NCBI GenBank assembly: GCA_964350195.1
Contig: CAYGJB010000002.1
Coordinates: forward strand, 15,675-79,674
Origin: an uncultured Pseudomonadota bacterium
GTDB taxonomy: Bacteria > Babelota > Babeliae > Babelales > Vermiphilaceae
Reading direction: 5' to 3'
Length of the DNA: 64,000 bases
The position numbers and the translations under genes were made by a program. The notes below the pieces were generated by a model that was not told the origin of the DNA, made no database searches, and worked only from the letters and a program-made list of their open reading frames with translations. Shown piece by piece: positions 58,916-64,000 of this stretch. The first letter of the stretch is position 1. Each line of letters begins with the position of its first letter.

Positions 58916-60907
58916 TCATATCAAAGACTGCTTTAACTCCATCCATTCAGCTCTCATCGAAATAGCGCTTTCAAAATCAAGCTTTTCTGCGGCGATTGCC
59001 ATAGCCCTTTCAAGCTCAATGATACGCTTATCGATATCTCCAGCTTCTTCTGCGGTGCTCATCAATTCTTGCCGCTTCTGCTTTTTCGATTTGGAAGCTT
59101 CAGCAATAAGCTTTTGAATGTTGGTAATGCTCTTTGTTACTTCTCGCTTCACTGATTCAGGAGTGATTCCATGCTTTTCATTATATTCCTGCTGAATTTT
59201 TCGACGTCGCATAGACTCAGAAATAGCCGCATGCATAGAACGTGTTTCTTTATCAGCGTAGAGTACCACTTTCGCTTCAGTGTTTCTCGCAGCACGTCCC
59301 ATGATTTGAATTAAAGAGCGCTTATCACGCAAAAAGCTCTCAACATCCGCATCCATAATCGAAACTAAGGCAACTTCAGGAAGATCGATTCCTTCTCTGA
59401 TTAAGTTCACGCCAACTAAGCAATCAAATGTACCAAGACGAAGCTTGGTTAAAAGCTCTGTTCGCTGTGGCGTTTTTAAATCACTATGCAAATAGCACAC
59501 CTTAATCTGATGATCTTCAAGATAGCGAGCAAGCTCTTCTGCAAGCTTTTTGGTAAGTACCATCACTAGAGATCGAAATCCCTTTTTTGTCGTATTTTTA
59601 ATCTCTTTGATCAAGTGATCCATCTGGCCAATACGAGATTGTACTTCCACTTTTGGATCAAGCAAACCGGTTGGGCGAATAATCTGCTCCACCACCTGAT
59701 CTGAGTTTTCAATCTCATAATCACCCGGCGTCGCAGACACAAATAAAACATCATTAAAATAACGTTCTATCTCTTCAAACTTGAGTGGCCTATTATCAAA
59801 TGCTGATGGCAGCCTAAAACCAAAATCAATAAGTGATTTTTTCCGCGCACGATCTCCTGCATACATGCCACGAAGCTGCGGAACTGCAATATGGGATTCA
59901 TCTAGAATCAAAAGAAAATCTTTTGGAAAAAAATCAAACAGGCAAAAAGGAGCTTCACCAGATTTTCTTCCATCAAAATGAGTAGAATAATTTTCAATAC
60001 CAGAACAAAATCCTACTTCTCTGAGCATTTCAACATCATGCGCTACACGCTTTGAAATACGCTCTCTATAAAGAGGGTTCTCTATTTTGGCAAGCCATTG
60101 ATCAAGCTCTTTCTCAATGCTTGCAATAGCCTTCTCTTTTTTAGCATCGGTAGACACAAAATGTTTGGCCGGAAAAATAATGGTATTATCAAGACCCATT
60201 AAAAGCTTATTATTATGCTTGTCCACCCATTGCAATCCTTCTATCTCATCTGCAAAAAGCTCAATACGTAATTTTTCTTTTTGATACGGCAAATTAACTT
60301 CGATCGTATTGCCCAATACCTGAAACATACCGGAAGAACGATCCATATCATTACGCTTATATTGAATAAAAATGAGTTGGCGAATCAGCTCTGAACGACT
60401 AATCTTTTGACCTACTTTAAGAGAGAAGGCAAGATTCTTATAATCAGATGGATTACCCAGAGAATAAATACTTGAAACAGAAGAAATTACAATCACATCA
60501 TTACGATTCACAAGCGATGCTGTAGCTTCCACTCGTAAGCGTTCGATCTCGCTATTAATTTTAGTTTCTTTAGGAATATAGATATCCTGCGCCGGCATAT
60601 ATGATTCCGGTTGATAATAATCATAATAGCTCACAAAATAGCAGACCTTATTTTCAGGAAAGAAAAGAGAAAACTCTTCATAGAGTTGCGCAGCTAAAGT
60701 TTTATTTGGCGCAAGCACAAGCACTGGCTTATCCTGTCCTGCAATAACTTGAGCCATGGTGAATGTCTTACCCGATCCAGTTACACCCAAAAGCGTAGAT
60801 CGCCCAGGGCGCTTGCTCTTTAACTTTTTAATTGCCTCTGGTTGGCCACCAGCAGGCTCAAAGGGAGTGTGTAACTTAAACTTATTCTTTTTCATACCGT
60901 CCACCAT
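58916..60907 (-). CDS. uvrB: excinuclease ABC subunit B
   Basis: GVTGSGKTFT Walker A, DESH box, beta-hairpin region, and a C-terminal UVR domain (..LDFE.A...R). An alternative start at 60895 is possible. Confidence 0.96.
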   Translation of the reverse strand: MVDGMKKNKFKLHTPFEPAGGQPEAIKKLKSKRPGRSTLLGVTGSGKTFTMAQVIAGQDKPVLVLAPNKTLAAQLYEEFSLFFPENKVCYFVSYYDYYQPESYMPAQDIYIPKETKINSEIERLRVEATASLVNRNDVIVISSVSSIYSLGNPSDYKNLAFSLKVGQKISRSELIRQLIFIQYKRNDMDRSSGMFQVLGNTIEVNLPYQKEKLRIELFADEIEGLQWVDKHNNKLLMGLDNTIIFPAKHFVSTDAKKEKAIASIEKELDQWLAKIENPLYRERISKRVAHDVEMLREVGFCSGIENYSTHFDGRKSGEAPFCLFDFFPKDFLLILDESHIAVPQLRGMYAGDRARKKSLIDFGFRLPSAFDNRPLKFEEIERYFNDVLFVSATPGDYEIENSDQVVEQIIRPTGLLDPKVEVQSRIGQMDHLIKEIKNTTKKGFRSLVMVLTKKLAEELARYLEDHQIKVCYLHSDLKTPQRTELLTKLRLGTFDCLVGVNLIREGIDLPEVALVSIMDADVESFLRDKRSLIQIMGRAARNTEAKVVLYADKETRSMHAAISESMRRRKIQQEYNEKHGITPESVKREVTKSITNIQKLIAEASKSKKQKRQELMSTAEEAGDIDKRIIELERAMAIAAEKLDFESAISMRAEWMELKQSLI

Positions 60908-61139
60908 ACAACGCCTGCCTTCTTACTTTCGTACCTAATTCAATTCGATAGCAAAATTATAACAAAAATTGACTAATTGTCAAAACAAGCAAACCTTATG
61001 CCACTCCTCCTACTTAATAAAAACAAGCTCTCAAAGCTGTGCTTGAGCGTATCACCTAACCCAAAAGAGATACTGTAATGATAGCAACAGGAATCTTAGT
61101 GGCATTTATGCATTTTCAAATAGGTCATTAAGTATTTTA

Positions 61140-62267
61140 TCAGCTACGTTCTTCAGCCACGAGTAAAAAATATACCGCAAGCATCCGCTGAACCAGTGGC
61201 GTAACCTTATAAGCACGAGAACTTTTCCAGGCATTTTTTTGTAGATCTTCATACTCATCTGAATAACCAGCGATCAATACTATTTTTTTCACCATGCCAT
61301 CAATGTCTGCGACAATAAAGCCATTCTTGCCAGTGATAATATCTCGTTGTCCTGGACCATCAAGAGCGATTACAGGAGTTGAAAAAGCCATTGCTTCGGC
61401 AAGTACCAATCCCTGCGTGTCGGTATGAGAAGCAAATAAAAAAAGATCTGCTTTTCTGTACAGATCTAAAAGCCTTTTCTGCTTTGGATCAACTATAAAT
61501 CGAACGCGCTCAGAAGATAACATACCGTTTTCGCATGCATACTTCTTTAAAAAATCGGTATAAGGACCATATCCCACTAGCGTAAGATAAAATGCATTTG
61601 GTAGCTTTTTTATTACATCCAGTAGCGCAGGAATATTTTTTTCTCGTGCAAATCGGCCAACATAAAGAAGCTGATACGGCTTATCCATTATTTTTTTTAT
61701 AAAAGGCTGCCGCGCAAATTGCTCTTTTAGACCACTGGGAATGAGATTGGTGTGAAAAATATCTTGGCCTGCCAAATACACCTTAATTGCCGAGCTTGGT
61801 ACAATAATTTGATCTACTTTTTTGCAAAAATTGAGAACCATTTTTTTTACGATAGGCTTCAAGACAAATTGTGGTAGTGGCACATAATGCACATATCCTT
61901 CATATATTGTGTGATAAGTGAATACCGTTTTAATACCCATTTTTTTTGCAATGCGTTGTGCTATTGGCCCAAGTAAAAAGGGATGGTGTACATGAATTAT
62001 ATCCGGTTTAAACTCTATAATTATTCTTTTTAGATAATAAGCTGCACGCCAAGGAACTGCCATACAATTATTTTTATATCGAAAACGCAACAAAGATGGC
62101 ACTCGCTGTATCCATTTAGGATCGTCGTGGTTTGCACCAAGAAAATTTGGCGCCACAAGAAGTATCTTGTGCCCCTGCTTTTGCAGCTCTTGAACGGTAG
62201 CATTAATCGAACTTACTACGCCACCAGCATAGGGAGTATAATTGTTGGTAACAAAGAGAATACGCAT
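61140..62267 (-). CDS. GT4-family (GT-B fold) glycosyltransferase
   Basis: MRILFVTNNYTP..GGV N-terminus and C-terminal E..G.V..EAMA...PVIA motifs. Confidence 0.85.
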   Translation of the reverse strand: MRILFVTNNYTPYAGGVVSSINATVQELQKQGHKILLVAPNFLGANHDDPKWIQRVPSLLRFRYKNNCMAVPWRAAYYLKRIIIEFKPDIIHVHHPFLLGPIAQRIAKKMGIKTVFTYHTIYEGYVHYVPLPQFVLKPIVKKMVLNFCKKVDQIIVPSSAIKVYLAGQDIFHTNLIPSGLKEQFARQPFIKKIMDKPYQLLYVGRFAREKNIPALLDVIKKLPNAFYLTLVGYGPYTDFLKKYACENGMLSSERVRFIVDPKQKRLLDLYRKADLFLFASHTDTQGLVLAEAMAFSTPVIALDGPGQRDIITGKNGFIVADIDGMVKKIVLIAGYSDEYEDLQKNAWKSSRAYKVTPLVQRMLAVYFLLVAEERS

Positions 62268-62340
62268 ATAGTAATTGTCTTAGAACCTATCCCAAAATTA
62301 AAATAATTTGAAAAGCCTCTAGAAAGAAAAAGAGGTTTTC

Positions 62341-62710
62341 ATGAAGCAATTTTACATGACTAAAAGATTTTGGAAAGAAGTAAAACACGCGATTCCAAGA
62401 AAAAAGAGCTCGAAAAGGCCAAGAAAAGGAGCAAAAAAGATTATGAAAGCGCTTTTTTATATTGTTCGAACGGGTATTCAATGGAAAGCTCTTTCTCGTG
62501 AGTTCAAAGTATCTACAAGCACCGTTCATAGGCAATTTCAAGAGTGAATTCAAGATGCAATTTTTCAAAAAACAAGCGCCGATCGAAAAGTGTCAAAAAA
62601 AATGCGATCAAGGCATCAATGGATTATTTAAAAAACCCATGGCCATCTGAACAAATGGCGCGGCATTGTTACTCGATGGAATAAAAAGTATGAATTTTGG
62701 GATAGGTTCT
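62341..62710 (+). pseudogene. IS5-family (DUF4096-type) transposase remnant
   Basis: The N-terminal HTH part (ALFYIVRTGIQWKALSREFKVSTSTVHRQFQE) ends at a TGA where W is expected. The same frame continues IQDAIFQK..., then a TAA, then ...NKWRGIVTRWNKK, which resembles the transposase C-terminal R.IATRYDK motif. The catalytic core is deleted. No inverted repeats were identified. Confidence 0.65.
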
Positions 62711-63333
62711 TATCCTATTACATCAAAATCAATTTTCAAAACTGGGTATTCTTGCCAGCCATGAAAATCAAAATGCCACCATTCAGTAGCAAGTGGCTCA
62801 AAGCCATACTTCACCATAAGAGCACTCAACAGTTTTCTATTTTTTTTTGCCTTATCGGAAATAGTGGTAGCTGATGGCCAAGCCATCTTCGTAAAATTGT
62901 CATGGTCGGTACCCATCTCAAGAGCTGTCCCATCAGATAAGTTAACAATGGTTAGGTCAACCGCTGTCCCTCTACTATGCCTTCCTCCCTTTTTAGGATC
63001 AGCTACATAACGAGGATCAGGAAATGCATCCCATAATCTTTGCTGCGCAGAAAGCGGCCGATAGGCATCCCATACCAATAAGCCAAGCCCCTGCTTTTCT
63101 AGCTCTCTTTGAATCTTATCAAGCTGCAACGCAACTGATGTTAGAAGATAGCATTTGGGCGCTAAATAGATTTGTTTTTTAGTAAAATTGCGCGTAGTTG
63201 CATACACACAATCAATTTTGATATTAGGGTTTATCTTTGTGATATCAACCAACGTTACCCCATTCTGGTGGGCTGAAAGTAAAGCCACGGCGCAAAAAAT
63301 GAACAATGAGAACTTTTGGATAACTTTCTGCAT
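62710..63333 (-). CDS. ddpX: D-alanyl-D-alanine dipeptidase (VanX/DdpX, peptidase M15D), secreted
   Basis: LLVWDAYRP...Q..LW, SRHSRGTAVDLT and EWWHFD zinc-site motifs. N-terminal signal peptide. Confidence 0.88.
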   Translation of the reverse strand: MQKVIQKFSLFIFCAVALLSAHQNGVTLVDITKINPNIKIDCVYATTRNFTKKQIYLAPKCYLLTSVALQLDKIQRELEKQGLGLLVWDAYRPLSAQQRLWDAFPDPRYVADPKKGGRHSRGTAVDLTIVNLSDGTALEMGTDHDNFTKMAWPSATTISDKAKKNRKLLSALMVKYGFEPLATEWWHFDFHGWQEYPVLKIDFDVIG

Positions 63334-63335
63334 CG

Positions 63336-64000
63336 TTATCCTACTTTGCTAACAGAACTTGCCCCCAATGACTCTATCTTCGTTTTTGGGTTTCCGTTAT
63401 AGCTCACTACCGCTACACCACTTGCTTGCACATCAAGACTCTTATCAACTGCAATTGTAACACGAGATGCCCCTGATGCTTCCACCAGAGCCGATTTCGA
63501 TTGCAATCTGCCTGCATCATAATGCATCGATCCTGCAATTTCTATAGTTTGTTTCTTAGCAAAGCCTTCAATATATAATTTTGCAGCGCCACTCGCTTGC
63601 ACTAGCAGCTCATCTACGGCAACTCGCGCCTTCACTTTAGTGGCACCAGAAAGCTCTAACTCTAATCTTTTCGCTTTTAACGAACGAGTCTCAAGCTCTA
63701 GCGCACCTGAGAGTTCAATATGATCAATCTCTTTTACAACAAGATAATAATCAATACCCAGCTTTGATATTAGGTTTGTGTTCTTTTTAGGACCAATAAT
63801 AAGTTCGCCATCATCAACCCCAGCTACAATATAAGGCAAAAGATTATCATCTGCATGAATCACTAATGATTCTTGCTCTCCTTGCTTGAGAAATATTCTA
63901 CCACACCCCATTGCTTTAAGCTCTTGAATATTTTTTACCTCAACCACTCGCTTCTCTCTTCTTCCTGATCCAGTAACTGTTTTTGTACCAGCTGCAAGCC
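63336..64000 (-). CDS. DUF2807 (GIN-domain, putative beta-helix adhesin head) protein; 5' end outside the window
   Basis: The repetitive ..SGA..L.. beta-helix pattern (ELSGALELE, ELSGATKVK, ASGAAKLY, ASGASRVT, ASGVAVVS) is present. The frame stays open upstream of the GTG at 63947 to the window edge (...TGSGRRREKRVVEVK). Confidence 0.7.
   Translation of the reverse strand, partial: LAAGTKTVTGSGRREKRVVEVKNIQELKAMGCGRIFLKQGEQESLVIHADDNLLPYIVAGVDDGELIIGPKKNTNLISKLGIDYYLVVKEIDHIELSGALELETRSLKAKRLELELSGATKVKARVAVDELLVQASGAAKLYIEGFAKKQTIEIAGSMHYDAGRLQSKSALVEASGASRVTIAVDKSLDVQASGVAVVSYNGNPKTKIESLGASSVSKVG

Noticed and set aside
62287-62568. A 93-aa minus-strand ORF overlapping the IS relic.
   Set aside because: It is antisense to the recognisable transposase HTH frame and has no motifs.

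Overview
This is an AT-rich, densely coding bacterial chromosome segment: about 60 protein genes, 5 tRNAs, and no rRNA or CRISPR. The envelope is diderm (BamA, PilC, three predicted outer-membrane barrels ending in Phe, periplasmic VanX-type dipeptidase). Many orphan secreted, coiled-coil or acidic proteins plus a deoxynucleoside kinase suggest a reduced, host-associated lineage, possibly Dependentiae/TM6-like; that assignment is inference only. Clear housekeeping genes are groES-groEL, cysS, trxA, ftsL-ftsI, rpe, a DhnA-type aldolase, atpE-F'-F-H-A, uvrB, recD2, an M3 oligopeptidase and an MscK-like channel. The most interesting items, in order: (1) a prokaryotic pentameric ligand-gated ion channel whose start overlaps the stop of a 1126-aa periplasmic protein built from a catalytically dead PPP-phosphatase-like domain and two type-1 periplasmic-binding modules; (2) a roughly 4.6 kb island next to tRNA-Arg(TCT) with a twice-broken large serine recombinase, an unannotated 59-aa RHH gene, an orphan gene, and a minimal signal-peptide-HINT-toxin gene followed by an internally duplicated candidate immunity gene; (3) a secreted protein with four tandem single-Cache domains and no output domain; (4) a MutS-ATPase paralogue with a signal peptide; (5) a degenerate amidase_3-like protein; (6) a truncated atp operon headed by a deoxynucleoside kinase.
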